Counted from the stretch's first letter, positions 1 to 13,669 are shown. The stretch is 64,000 bases of DNA from Octopus sinensis (GCF_006345805.1 NC_042999.1:46190001-46254000); one strand, 5' to 3'. Notes: generated by a model not told the origin, from the letters alone. Program-made: numbers and translations.

Positions 1-146
1 GCATTTCGTCCGGCGCGCTAACGTTTCTGCCAGCTCGCCGACTTTTTATACCATCAGTGTTATTTGTTTGCAACCATCTGTGAAAACATCTTCAACCATT
101 AAGCTGTTTGTTTTTTAATTTTAATTTTTTTAATTTTTTAATTTTT

Positions 147-540
147 TTATTGCCCACAAGGGGCTAAACATAGAGGGAACTAACAAGGACAGACAAAGGG
201 ATTAAGTCGATTACATCGAACCCAGTGTGTAACTGGTACTTAATTTATCGTGAGGCGGTGAGCTGGCAGAAATGTTAGCGCGCCATGCGAAATGCTTAGC
301 GGTATTTCGTCTGACGCAGCGTTCTGAGTTCAAATTCCGCCGAGGTCGACTTCGCCTTTCATCCTTTCGGGGTCGATAAATTAAGTACCAGTTACGCACT
401 GGGGTCGATGTAATCGACTTAATATGTCTGTCCTTGTTTGTCCCCTCTGTGTTTAGCCCCTTGTGGGCAATAAAGAAATAGGTACTTAATTTATCGACCC
501 CCAAAAGGATGAAAGGCAAAGTCAACCTCGGCAGAATTTA
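147..540 (+). mobile_element. SINE-A (tRNA-like head GGCGAGCTGGCAGAA...GTTCAAATTCC) at 253-480, flanked by two inverted partial copies
   Basis: A/B-box-like head; many copies in the window; 147-250 and 481-540 are reverse-strand fragments. Confidence 0.85.
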
Positions 541-720
541 AAGGATAATGAGAAACATTATCTTATTTCGAAACAAGTGAGGGTTAGTGACAGAAAGTGC
601 ATGGAAAAGTGGATGTTAAAACGATGATGATGATGATGATGATGATGAGTAGGTGATGTACTGAGTGCAGTACACAAAATATTTGTAATTAATTGACATT
701 TCTTTCTTATAATAATAATG

Positions 721-751
<31 letters not shown>

Positions 752-1623
752 AATTATTGTATACAGTGCTCAGGTGCACCACAACTTGTCAAAAGTTCGT
801 ATAAAGCATATGCAGTAATGTAGAAATGTCTGGAAAGTGAACAGTGTATGAGTCAGATACATGCTTGCGTGTGTATGGAGGGGAGAAAATCAGGTGTAGT
901 GTTGGCGAATCTCAGGAAGCATGGAAGTTTTGAAGGGTGCAGTGCTCCGACAACTAGTTGGGGAAAGAAAGAAAAAAAAACTTAACAACAATTATTAGAA
1001 ATTGTCAAATATAAGGGGAGATAATTATGTGACATATGACAGCTATTCTTTGAGCTCTGTGTATTTTTATCATAAGACTCACTTTTGTTATTTGAACATT
1101 AACCAGAACCCTTAACAGCTAATACCACTCCGAGCCTGAGCACACCTGGGGATTTTGGTGATTAGGTGACCAAAGTGTAGCTCCATATACCCAAAAGTTC
1201 CTAAAGTCTTCAGCAGGAGTTTTACCACTGGATGTAGTTCAATGGCTTACCCAAGATCTATAAATTTTTACATTAAAAACAAGAAACAAAATGATACCTT
1301 TTGACAATATAATTTGCTTAATCAAAAAAATATCATAAGCTAAAAGAAATAACTCAATCAGGCCAATATCACAAATTTGGCTAAATAAGTAGACTCTATT
1401 ATGCTGATAAGCTCTTATAGACTGAAATGATTTCATAGTTATTCCCTTGCCTGCAAGCTATGCTCAGACTTTCTCCTAAGCATGTAAATTAATTTCCAAA
1501 GAAAAAAATGTTTAATGTTTTGAAATTATTTCCCCTTTTCTTTAACAACTGGTGGCATTCACTGCTAGGTCTTTGTGTCTTTTCTCCAACTATGAGATAA
1601 ATTTTATTCAGTTAAGAATTTTT

Positions 1624-1787
1624 AGGCGCAGGAGTGGCTGTGTGTTAAGTAGCTTGCTTACAAACCACATGGTTCCGGGCTCAGTCCCTCTGCATGGCAC
1701 CTTGGGTAAGTGTCTTTTACTATAGCCTTGGGCCAAACAAAGCCTTGTGAGTGGATCTGGTAGACGGAAACTGAAAGAAGCCCGTTG

Positions 1788-1820
<33 letters not shown>

Positions 1821-2016
1821 TTGTCTCCCCAACATCGCTTGACAACCGAAGCTGGTGTGTTTACGTCCTTGTAACTTAGCAGTTCGGCAAAAGAGACCGA
1901 TAGAATAAGTACTAGTCTTACAAAGAATAAGTCCTGGGATCGATTTGCTTGACTAAAGGCGGTGCTCCAGCATGACCACAGTCAAATGGCTGAAACATGT
2001 AAAAGAGTTTAAGAGT
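1624..2016 (+). mobile_element. SINE-B (head GGCGCAGGAGTGGCTGTGTGG, internal TA/TG microsatellite, (AAAGAGT)n tail)
   Basis: tRNA-like head and CORE-like ccttgggcaagtgtctt; more than ten copies in the window. Confidence 0.88.
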
Positions 2017-2676
2017 ATGCAACATTTTGTACACCAGCCAGTAACATATTTATTAGCATTACATTTCGGCAGAATTGGTGGTGTGACAGTCGAGTTGCCT
2101 TTCAGTATTATATTTAGTTGCATCAATTTGCATTTTGAGTTTAAATCTTGCTGAGGTTGGCTTTGTTTTTCATCCAACTGGGATCAATAAAATAAATTTC
2201 AACGAAGCATTTGTTTGAAATTGATATAATTTACTAGACATTCCCTCCACTAAAAGCTTTCCATGGAAAACGTTATTGTATTTAGTCTTTTCTAAAATTA
2301 TTATTTTTTCATATTTATTCATTTTAATTTTGATATATCATTGTTGTAATCATCGTTGACATCCTCATCATTGCAGTCATCATCATCATCATCATCATCA
2401 TTGTTTTGACATCTGCTCTTTCATGCTTGCGTGAGTCCTAATTTTCTATGGCTGGAAGCTCTTCTTGTCACTAATCCTTACATGCATGTTTCCATGATTG
2501 GATTGGATATATTTTCATGGAAAATTAGACACAAACGACACCTCTTTTATGACAGTGATGCTCATTTACAACTATGATGCAATGTCATGAAAAGGAAACA
2601 TAGAGACAGGTATGCAAAACACCCTTCCCACACATACAGATAGATACATATACAAACACATAGTTACATATACATG

Positions 2677-3149
2677 TGTAGAACGACCGTCCGAAAAGAG
2701 ATGGTGACGAATGAATGACTCCTTTAACTCCTTTAATACACCACACGGTCGCTTACAATGAAAGCCAAAATGGATAATTGAATATGAGTGCCAGCAAAGA
2801 AAAAGGAAGACGACACAACCGTAGAATGTTAAGAGAAAGGTTTTATTTAGAGGTTAGTAGAGTGTGTGTCTGTGTGTGCGTCATGAGTACACATATAATA
2901 AGAACAATAATAGACAGGCTGTCAAGCATACATAATGTGTATGTGTGTACAAACAAGGGCGTATGTGTGTGAGATAAAACACAGAGCATAGAAAGAGTCT
3001 ATAATAAAACGCTAGAAGAAGTTCAGACACAATGAAGATAAATACCAGTTCGTAGTAAGGTACGCAATAGTAGAAGTTCTGTAACGAATTTGAGGCGTAA
3101 AAAGCAGAGCCGATTGAAAGCTCATGTCATGTAAGCAGTTGTGGCTACA
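2677..3149 (-). mobile_element. Possible solo LTR
   Basis: TGTAG...CTACA termini and AATAAA on the minus strand, but no convincing PBS, PPT or TSD. Confidence 0.3.
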
Positions 3150-4569
3150 ATGCCACTGCTGGGTTACTTGGTGCAGAAGGTTCTTGCAGGTTGAGCTTAC
3201 TGTTAACCATGGTGAAGTATTCACAAACTGAGAAGTTAACCTTGGTGAATGTTGCTGTGTACGTAGAGATGTTGTTGGCATCGATAAGATGAAGGTGACA
3301 ATGGTGGAGGTGACGTTAAGCTTGGAGGTGACATTAAGATGAAGGAGATGGAGGTGGAAGTCCTGAATACTGCTGGTGTTGGTGTCGTCGCTGGAACTGG
3401 CTGTGTCACTGGAAATGGCTCTGTGGTCAGTGGTCTAGACCCAAAGACGCATGACTCGATAAATCACTGTGTTTTATAGCAAATTATAGGCTCAAACAGA
3501 GCTTTAGAAAAACTGTGTCATGGGACCTTATCAGAAGGCTGCGATTGATTGGGTTGCACATTGGCGCGTAATAGAGCAAGAGACAAATTGCGCCAATACC
3601 AACCAATCAGAGTAGTGGACACAACAGGGCCCAAGTGGCTGAAGATTAGCTGTTATATCTATATTTATGTTATATGTATCAGAGAGACAGAGAGAATTTC
3701 ACTTCGCGTATGCTACACCTGTATGACAATCTTCTTTTAGTTTCTTTCACCCAAATCTACTCATAAAGATTTTGTCAGTCTGGGATTATAACAGAAACCA
3801 TTTGCCCAAAGTACGACATGGCTGGGTTGAACCTGAATCCATGTAATTGGGAAGTGGACCTCTAAACCACATAGGAAATTTAGCTTGCATTATTGTACAC
3901 TTAATGTTATTTCTTGAAGTGTAAGACAGCAAGCCGACAGAATCGTTACCACGCCAGACAAAATACTTTAAGGCATTTCTTCTGGCTTTACATTCTGAGT
4001 TCACATGCTGCTGGGATAAATTTTTACATTTCATCCTTTCGGGGTTGGTAAAATATGTACCAGTTGTATACTGGGGTTGATGTAATTGACTAGCCCTTTT
4101 TCATAAAACTACTGGTCTTGTACTTATACCAAAAATTTGAAGCCAGTATTTCTTGAGATAGCAATTTCTCTACAGATATCTGTTTTGTTCCTTTGTATTT
4201 ACTGTAGGAGTTTTCAACATTTCCTCATTCCACTTTTTACCTGCTAGCATCATTTTGAAAGTAAATTTCCCGCTGGTTTACACTGTTTGGTTATAGGAGA
4301 TTATATACTTTAACCACAATAAAACAATCAATTGAGAGGAATTAAAAAAAGGAGAAATAAACAAACTGTTTGAAGTTTAATTAACAATAAAAATCGAATA
4401 GAATGTTATTTCATTTATTTACGAACTAATTAATGATGAAAAGATATCAGAACCAAACACAGTCTTCTAAATTAAAACAATTCCATTAGCAACACAGTTA
4501 CTAAAAACCATACAAAGCAGATTGCTAGATATGAAATGATGGAAAGAAAAAACAGTATGCAAAATAGAT

Positions 4570-5070
<501 letters not shown>

Positions 5071-5227
5071 AAGAATAAAATTAAGTTCTAAGTTTTATAT
5101 ATATATATATAAATTTGTATGTGTTAGGTGTATTATCTACAGATAGTACCAAGACACCAGTGACAAAACTAAAGCTCGCTTGTAAATCAAGCTAAAAGCA
5201 ATGTAACTGTATAGATAATATCATTTA

Positions 5228-5425
5228 CCCTTTCGATACCAATCCAGCTGAAACCGCCTATGGCTCTGTAGTACGAATTAAAATCTTCCACCAAACCTTA
5301 GTCACAATTTTTGTTCCTAACACCAGCTTAATGATAGCTAAGTTATTTTACAAAATTCTTTGTTTTGTTTAAAATTAATTGAAAGAAACACAAAGTATCT
5401 CAAAATAAATACGGTAACGAATGGG
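5228..5425. mobile_element. piggyBac-type MITE
   Basis: Ends CCCTTTCGATACC and GGTAACGAATGGG, with TT(T)A / TTAA flanks. Confidence 0.6.
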
Positions 5426-6065
5426 TTAAACATGTTAGATAAGACATTAAATGCTACAACAAAATTATTTACTTGTTCGTATATTTCCATTCATTGACGA
5501 TCAATCTATCCATTTACCTCAACATACTTAAATGCAACCTGGAGGTTAGTTTCCTTAGATAACGTGTGATAGTGTCACCTCATCTAATATCTCTCAATAA
5601 CGATCATTTGATACGTGACGGTTGCTCATTTTACTCGGTTGCACTTCTATGTATCTTTGTTGCCATGAACATTTCTTTTAAATACTTGATTTAATGATTC
5701 GAGTTGATAGCTATCGTATCATGCTTTTTAAATTATCCTGACTGATCTCCTGCTTTGTTTGTGTTTTGTAACAGTAGTTGGTACCATTGATAATTCAAAT
5801 AGATTGTGTTAGAATGTAAAGAGATGATTAGTTATCACTTAGGAACATGCAATTTCTTCAATTTAACTTAGTGAGATCGTTTTATTGTCCAGCATCAAAT
5901 TTACATTCCATATGATACCTTGTACGTTTTTGTTTTCCCTTTTCTGGGGGTCATCTTCGTCTTTTACACTTCTGGGGTCAATAAAATATGTTCCACCAAG
6001 GTCAGTTTTACCTTTCAACCATCAAGTAATTTATGTGGAAATGAAATGATTTATGACTGATACAA

Positions 6066-6210
6066 CATCATCATCATCATCATCGTTTAACGTCCGTTTT
6101 CTGTGCTAGCACGGGGTCGACGGTTCGACCGGGGTCTGGGAAGTCAGGGGGCTTTACCAGGCTCCAGTCTGATCTGGCAGTGTTTCTACAGCTGGATGCC
6201 CTTCCTAAAC
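6066..6210 (-). mobile_element. SINE-E 3' fragment with (TGA)n tail
   Basis: Homologous to the 45708 copy; contains ggaagggcatccagctgtagaaa. Confidence 0.8.
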
Positions 6211-6308
6211 ATTGTTATTATTGATGTTGATCAAATCCAGGTCACCTCTGGACCTATGGTCAAGTTCATTCTATTCATGACCATCCAGTCTTATTAACAC
6301 ATAGTTTA

Positions 6309-6940
6309 GGATTTTTACCTTTTGATCGACAGATTTAAAAAATAATTTTTTGTAACTAAACACCTTCAAACTTCGGACACTGGTAGAATGTGTCATATAA
6401 AAAATCTTTTACTCTTAGCGTTTTAGAGAAAAGCTTATATTTAAGAAGTTATTTCACATTAAAGTTGTCGTATTTCGGTAATTTCAACCAATCAATGACG
6501 TGTATTCAACTGAATAAAATTACTGCCTTTGTCAATAACAACTATCGGCGGTGTATTTTTCGCTTGTCAGTTATTTATGACATCGTTCGTGCATTTGTAC
6601 TCGTTTTAGCTTTAAGGTTTTATGGTTATGGTTAGAGTGTTAGGGTTTTAGGGTTAGGGTTGTCCTAAATAACAGTGACAAACGATATATACGCCACCGG
6701 AAGTTCTTGTTGACAAGCAACAGCAGTAATTTTATTCAGCTGAATACACGTCATTGATTGGTTGAAATTACCGAAATACGACAACTTGAACTTGAAATAA
6801 CTTCCTAAATATAAGCTTTTCTCAAAAACGCTAAGAGTAAAAGATTTTTTATATGACACATTCTACCAGTGTCCGAAGTTCGAAAGTGTTTAGTTACAAA
6901 AAATTATTTTTAAAATCTGTCGGTCAAAAGGTAAAGCTCT
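6309..6940. mobile_element. Non-autonomous Mutator-like (MULE) element with ~250-bp TIRs and an internal degenerate (TTAGGG)n
   Basis: Inverted arms at about 6309-6556 and 6690-6940; 9-bp direct repeat catagttta at 6300-6308 and 6941-6949. Confidence 0.75.
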
Positions 6941-7552
6941 CATAGTTTATCTTAAACTACATTATCCAGCATGTCCTTTATGTTTTTGATACTTTGTACA
7001 AATCATTTTAATAAGTTGGCCCTGGACGTCCGTGTTCGTTTTCAGACTTTTAGTTAGTCCTACGGCAGCTGTTTATAAATGATTGACTATGTATTGCATC
7101 TGGTCTTGGTTATAGCTACGCTACAATTCTTTGTTTTAACACATTCTGAGGAATGTAAAACATTCCTTTCATAAGTCCCAAATTACGCTGGTGCTTGAAA
7201 GAAAGATGGAAATGTGTCATATATGATGCATGAATGCCAGGCAAATACACTGAACAGGCAAAGAAGCTACAAGATAGATTGTAATTTGAAAACAATTTGG
7301 ATACTAAACTTTTTGCAGGTCGAGGGACCACGTAGATGCTCTTTCATTGGCTCGTGAGCTTGCTGTTTTTTCGGATCTCTGTATAACTAACTGTTGATAG
7401 TTGGTATAAATAGCATTATAAACTTTTGCAGAAGTTGTGACTGTCCTGTCCAATTCTATCACTCAGTAATTTGAGAAAATATCTGTCAATATAACCACGG
7501 GTTAACCAAAGCTCTGAAACGGAAATTTGGTGGGCAGAAACTGTATGGAAAC

Positions 7553-7948
7553 GGCGAACTGGCAGACATGTTAGCATGCCGGGTGAAATGCTTAGCGGTA
7601 TTTCGTCTGCCGCTACGTTCTGAGTTGAAATTCTGCCGAGGCCGACTTTGCCTTTCATCCTTTCGGGGTCGATTAAATAAGTACCAGTTACGCACTGGAG
7701 TCGATATAATCGCTTTAATCTGTTTGTCCTCTGTGTTTAGCCCCTTGTGGGTAGTAAAGAAATAGGTTTTTCGTCTGTCTTTACGTTCTGAGTTCAAATT
7801 CCGCCGAGGTCGACTTTGCTTTTCATCCTTTCGGGGTTGATAAATTAAGTACCAGTTACGTACTAGGGTCGATGTAATTGACTTAATCTTTTTGTCTGTC
7901 CTTGTTTGTCCCCTCTATGTTTAGCCCCTGGTGGGCAATAAAGAAAAA
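7553..7948 (+). mobile_element. SINE-A head-to-tail dimer
   Basis: A full copy plus a 5'-trimmed copy; 17-bp TSD agaaactgtatggaaac at 7536-7552 and 7949-7965. Confidence 0.9.
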
Positions 7949-9357
7949 AGAAACTGTATGGAAACTCGCCGGAGTAACCGTGCCAATTCTTGAGTGGTTG
8001 ACTTCGTCTGCTGTCTGGTTTAACTCCACTATCTGACCCCTCTAATCAATGATTAAATAAGATTGGATTTTGTTTTCGCATGCCATATTTCTCGCCGTAA
8101 CGTCAGTTAATCCAATGCTTACCGTATTAGTCGGGGCTGTGAAGATTGAAAAGGAGCAAATAAATTACCACGGTTAATAAAATTAAGTTGGCTTCCAACA
8201 TTTTTGACTCGTTCAACACCAAAGAAAGAAGTATTATTTGAACGAAAACTCTGTATTTTCTTCTCACTAACGAAGAGAAGATGGGAAAAAAATTTCTCTA
8301 ACATGTTTGTAAGGGAGGCTGTTATTTGTCAGTTTGAGAATCGCTGAGTTAATCCCAAATCCCTCCAGACATTCCTTTAACTGCTATTAAGTTTTATATC
8401 ATGAGAACAAATTTACAGTTTTCTGCTGGAACACGAAGAAGACTTTGCAAGCGAGTGACGACATGGTGCATTATTCGTGCATTTCATTAGGGCGTTTGCA
8501 GCTAAAGTGCTGTAATAAAATTATATCTTAAATCAGTAGAAACTCGGGTTCCTTGCATTTTACTTTATGGTAATTGCTTCCTATTAGAGAAAACGAAAAT
8601 TTGATATATATTTGACATGAAGGAGATCAAACGATGTGGAGATCTAAATCTCCCAGGGCACCAAATAAAGTGGTAGGACCGAACTTAAAAAGCTGTTGAC
8701 ATTCTTCTGTTTACCTTCTTCTCGGAAGTCATTCTATTTTCTTGCTGACCAACTTCCTAGCTAACCCGCAGCGAAGTATAGACTTAAGCCCTATTGTATC
8801 TAAAGAAATAAACCTTTGGTGAATGTATTCTCGTCTCCACCAGTTTGTTTGCGTATAGCTTAACAAAGCTATACTGTGGCCATTTTTAACTTGATTTTCG
8901 AGAATATGCATCTGGGAATATCATAAACGCCACCACATTCTATCATAAGCTTCATTGTGAAAACCGAGCTATTATTCATCGGTAAGAAGAAATCGATTTT
9001 GTAAAGGGAATGAAACACAGAAACACAGATAGCAACACGAATGAGACACAGAGTCTGTGACAAAAGTAAAAGCTGGAGTATATGCGTGTACTTTAAGCTG
9101 ATTTCATGACATAGTTAAATGAAGCATACTATTATTGTAGTTAGTAAGCGTAGTGTTTGTTGCAAACTGAGATCATAGTACTGCAATGAGAAGGGTAGTC
9201 GTTATTATGAGTCACCGCATTAAGAAGTGGATCGAAGACAAAGTGTTACTTTGGTCAGTGCTGCTAAAATTATATCTTTAGTTTTCGATTATACTGGAAA
9301 TTTATACGCCCACGCATGCAAACTCACAGACACTGACACATATGTAGCAGTTTATGC

Positions 9358-9800
9358 GTGTATGTATGTATGTATGTATTTATGTATGTATGTATGTATG
9401 TATGTATGTATGTATGTGTGTGTGTATGTATGTATGTATGTATGTATGTATGTATCCGTGTGTGTATGTATGTATGCATGTATGTATGTATGTATCCGTG
9501 TGTGTGTATGTATGTATGCATGTATGTATGTATGTATGTATGTATCCGTGTGTATGTATGTATGCATGTATGTATGTATGTATGTATGTATGTATCCGTG
9601 TGTGTGTGTATGTATGTATGTATGCATGTATGTATGTATGTATGTATGTATGTATGTATGTATGTATGTATCCGTGTGTGTGTATGTATGTGTGTATGCA
9701 TGTATGTATGTATGTATGTATGTATCCGTGTGTGTGTATGTATGTATGCATGTATGTATGCATATATGTATGTAAATATGAATGCATGCATGTAAGTATG
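9358..9800. repeat. (TATG)n compound microsatellite with recurring TCCGTGTG interruptions
   Basis: Seen directly; source of several spurious ORFs. Confidence 0.95.
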
Positions 9801-10070
9801 TATAGTAATCTTGCACGCATCTATCTACCTATCTGTCTGTTTGTTTGTCAATTAGGGAGTAAGAGTGAGAGAGAGGGGAAGAGCGAGAGAACGATACTAG
9901 TACACACACACACACACACACACTCACACACACACACACACACATATACATACATAGACAGTGCTCCAGCATGGCCGCAGTTAAATGCCTGAAACAAGTG
10001 AAAGAATAAGAATAGACACACACTCACACGCGCGCGCACACATGTACACACACACACACGCACATATATA

Positions 10071-11716
10071 TTGGGTCATCCCATAAATAATGCGGTTTTT
10101 TAATACTTCTTTTATTTTTCAAAATTATGATAAACAAAGTTTTTTTTAATCTAAAATATACTCTCCTTCGTTTTCTACAATGCTCTTCCATCTATCTTGT
10201 TTTGAGAGGCGGTTGGATGGAACCTACACTCGCCTCCTTATGAGAGCTCAAAATCTCTCGTGGAAGCCTCATCCAACCAAAATGCAAATATATGGGAAAC
10301 TACCACCTGTGTCATCTCTTGTGAAAGGTAGGAGAGTCCAGTTTGCTGGACATTGTTGTAGAGCTGAAAACGAGGCAATTTCTACTCTTCTCCTCTGGAA
10401 GCCATCTACTTGCAATACCAGAGGGCGCACACTCTCCTACCCTGATGTAATCTCCAGGGATACAGGCATCCAGCAACAGGACCTCCGTAATGCTATGATG
10501 GACTGTGAAGTCTGGCGTAGCATGGTAAATTCCATTGTCTCAACCACGGTCGAACAATGATGATGATGATCTATCTTGTAGACTTGCAAGGCTCCTCTTC
10601 CAAAATTCACTTGTTCGTGACGGGAAATACTCCTCCAGTACTGTTCAGACCTTGTCTATATTATCCAATTTTCCCCCCGTCCAAATGAGTTTGAAGACTG
10701 CGGAATAAAGGATAATCAGATGGGACAATGTCTAGTGAATAAGGTGGGTGGGGCACCGTTTCCCATTCACATTGCTCCAGCCTTTGGAATATCATCCTCT
10801 TTGAATGTGGCCGAGCATTATTCTAATGGAAGAACAGCTTTCGTCTTAAAACCAAATATTTTCTTCTAACGCTGATTTAAGCCGCTTAAGCTGTTTGCAG
10901 TAGATCTCCTTATCGTTTGGTTTGAGCTTAAAAGTTCAAAGTGGACTAAACCTTTCTTATCCCACCAAACAGATGACAAAACCTTACGTAGGTGAATACT
11001 TTCTTTAGCCTGGGGTGCCGGTGTTTCTCCTTTCTCTACTCACTGTCTTCGGCGCTTGACATTTTTATGGAGAACCCATTTCTCGTTACCAAAAAAGGGC
11101 CAAAAAAGGTTCATTTTTGAGACGTGATACCAAAGAAGAGTACACATTCACCCTCTGCGCATGATTAGACTCGGAAAATTTGTAAGGAAGCCATTGACCC
11201 AATTTGCTGACTTTTCCGATGACACGCAGGTGTCGACGAATGGTTAGATGACCAAATCTAAGCTTCTCTGCTAGTTCCTCAACAGTTACGATAGGATTTT
11301 GTTTCACCAAGATTTGCAGTACGTCGTCGTCGAACTCTATAGATCTTTCAAGACGAGGCATGTCTTCTGGGCTGTTGTCTCCGGTTCACAATTTCTGGAA
11401 CTGCCGTTGACACTGGCTTACGCTTATTGTCTGATCCCCATATACTACATTACTATTCCTCGCACTTTCCGTTGCGTTGCTGCCTTTATTGAACTCATAA
11501 AGCAAAATATGCCGAATATAGTCCTTTGTTACCTCCATTATAGCTCTGAAAAAATAAATGTTAAAAGCGAACTGCACTCTTCAAAACTTGCACTGAGAAT
11601 AAATGTAAAGTAAAATTACTACCTGTTTTTATAGCAAGTTGATGCAGGTAGTTTATACTGCCCCCTCTGACTTTTAGTTTATACAATTGAAAAAACCGGA
11701 ATATTTATAGGATGAC

Positions 11717-11720
<4 letters not shown>
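10071..11720 (-). mobile_element. Decayed mariner DNA transposon carrying an RTE insertion
   Basis: 30-bp TIRs TTGGGTCATCC(C/T)ATAAATA..., 27/30 match; TA flanks; transposase remnants IRHILLYEFNKG, GQWLPY, VWWDKKG, NARPH, PHPPYSLDIVPSD. Confidence 0.9.
10201..10568 (+). mobile_element. 5'-truncated RTE-like LINE nested in the mariner
   Basis: Encodes the RT C-terminus (RRVQFAGHC..); (TGA)n tail; 11-bp TSD atctatcttgt at 10190-10200 and 10569-10579. Confidence 0.88.
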
Positions 11721-11774
<54 letters not shown>

Positions 11775-12269
11775 GACACACACATACACATATATATACA
11801 TATACATACATACATACATAAATACATACATACATACATACATACATACATACATACATTAATATATACATACATACATGCATATATATATATATATGAA
11901 CAGACACATACACAAAAGCAAGGACACACATACGTATTGGAGCAGGAATGGTTAAGTGTTTACATTTGTTCCCCACCACCGCTTGACAGCCAGTGTCGGT
12001 CCCCGTAAAATAGCGGTTCGGCAAAACAGACCGATAAAATGAGTGTCAGGCTCAAAAGTAAATAATGGGGTCGAGTCTTTCGACTAAAAATCCCTTCAAG
12101 GTGGCTCTCCAGCATGGCTGCAGTCCTTTGACTAAAACAAGTAAGAGATACAAGGTATACACACACACACACACACATGCATGCATATCTTTCCAGACAC
12201 GTCTTTTAGTTTTATGACCGTCTAACGGACAAATCTAATCACTACGTCACCTTTAGCATTATTGAAACT

Positions 12270-12770
12270 TGGATCCATCCATAGATCCACTCTCTGGCTC
12301 AATCACAATAGACTGGGTTGTAGAAATTCGCTTTTGTCCTGTAAGTTATAGATTTCACATCCGTCCTTCCTCTTCCTGTTCTTCGACATATGCGTCACGT
12401 AGTACATCTCGAAAACCTTTCAGCTTACATACCTCCCAAATCCAAATTGTCTTGAGTGCTTGGATCCGTTCATCTCTTACTTCGGTATGATTAATCACTA
12501 CTCTTTCTGGAGTGATACCGTCTTCACAACCACCATCTATCCATCTTCTTTCTCGCTGAGTATGAAGTCCATCTAGCTTGCATGCTGACCCAATTGATGT
12601 TAGCAGGTTTCCTGATGTTAGTTTTGCAAATGCTTAGGTTATCTGCGTCACAAAACTTCACGAGGCTTGGTATTTCTTCAGTCTTGATACCTCCAACGAC
12701 ACTAGAACAGCTATTATGGTAAGACTCAACATGACTATTAATGTAGTTCCCAGTCGTTGGTAGTCAGAGA
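12270..12770 (-). mobile_element. Old LINE fragment (AP-endonuclease C-terminal part, RTE-like)
   Basis: Remnants LVKFCDADNLSICKTNIRKP and MDFILSEK; many stops. Confidence 0.5.
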
Positions 12771-13558
12771 ATAATTCACTAAGAGACTCTCATTTAGAAA
12801 ATGGTTTCCTTGTTTATCTGTTAGTTCTAATTGGTGTGCATATAGAGAGAATGAAATTGCTTTTGTATTATTTGATTGGTCAACTGAATTTTTCTGCTTC
12901 ATATTCTGACTATCTCAACTATGTCTACTCCACTCACTGCAATGCTGTAACCTACCAAGACCTACTTTTAACTGTGTTCCTAGCACGTATAATGTCTGAC
13001 CGAAGTTCCTCTCCACCTTACATCTTGCACACAGCACATGTTTACTCGCCTCTAATTTAGAATGTTTATAATCTTGTCAGACTAATCTATCTCGTATCAA
13101 CGATGATGGTAGCAGCCTTAAATCTGTCTATCTGAATGAAAGAATGAGATTTTTTGTGGCAGGTGGGTTTGTTGAGTTGCTTAGTTTCGGGTTTTACATT
13201 TAAAAGGAACAGACTTAGTGCGATCGTTTGATGGTGATCGAGAGTTCTCGTTCAAAGCAACATGTTCCTAAATGACTAAACCACTAACCGTGCGCAACAC
13301 TAACATGGTTAGTGTTACTCCTGTATACGCATTGAGAACATTTCAGTAAATTTATAACTCGTAGCTGCAGTCTAATGTTTGAGACAAGTAAACGATAGCT
13401 GATACAGAAGCACACACATATATACACAAACGAGTATTTTTACTTGTGTGTATCATCTTACCACAATATTTTCAAAGTCAATTACTTTTGGTTTCTAATT
13501 TCAATTTATATAGCCGCAATTCTATGCTTTTTATTTAAGTTATCATCTTATGTTACAG

Positions 13559-13631
13559 CCACAACGAAAGATTCCGAAATATCATCTTCGAAATTTTTTC
13601 CCACGGTCTCAAATGGCTGACAAAGAAAAGA
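13559..13631 (+). CDS. PLEKHM1: Coding exon, RUN domain (..HNERFRNIIFEIFSHGLKWLTKKR)
   Basis: Acceptor atgttacag, donor AGA|gtaagt; 73 nt, phase 2 to 0; contains the RUN hallmark IFxHGL. Confidence 0.8.
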
Positions 13632-13669
13632 GTAAGTATATAATCTATTTTAGAATATACACTCTCTCG

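Noticed and set aside
1130-1240. Minus-strand peptide containing GTFGYM (kinase activation-loop-like)
   Set aside because: Not followed by APE, no other kinase motifs, bounded by stops and lacking convincing splice sites.
6605-6662. True telomere or chromosome-fusion scar
   Set aside because: Only a few degenerate units, located inside a TIR element.
8119-8911. Minus-strand gene suggested by short ORFs and a gtaagc donor at ~8120
   Set aside because: No recognisable protein, no compatible partner exons, and the acceptor is unclear.
9227-10063. Long ORFs of MYVC/HTYI type (also the SIYL, FLSF and PTP-rich ORFs elsewhere)
   Set aside because: Translations of microsatellites and low-complexity DNA.
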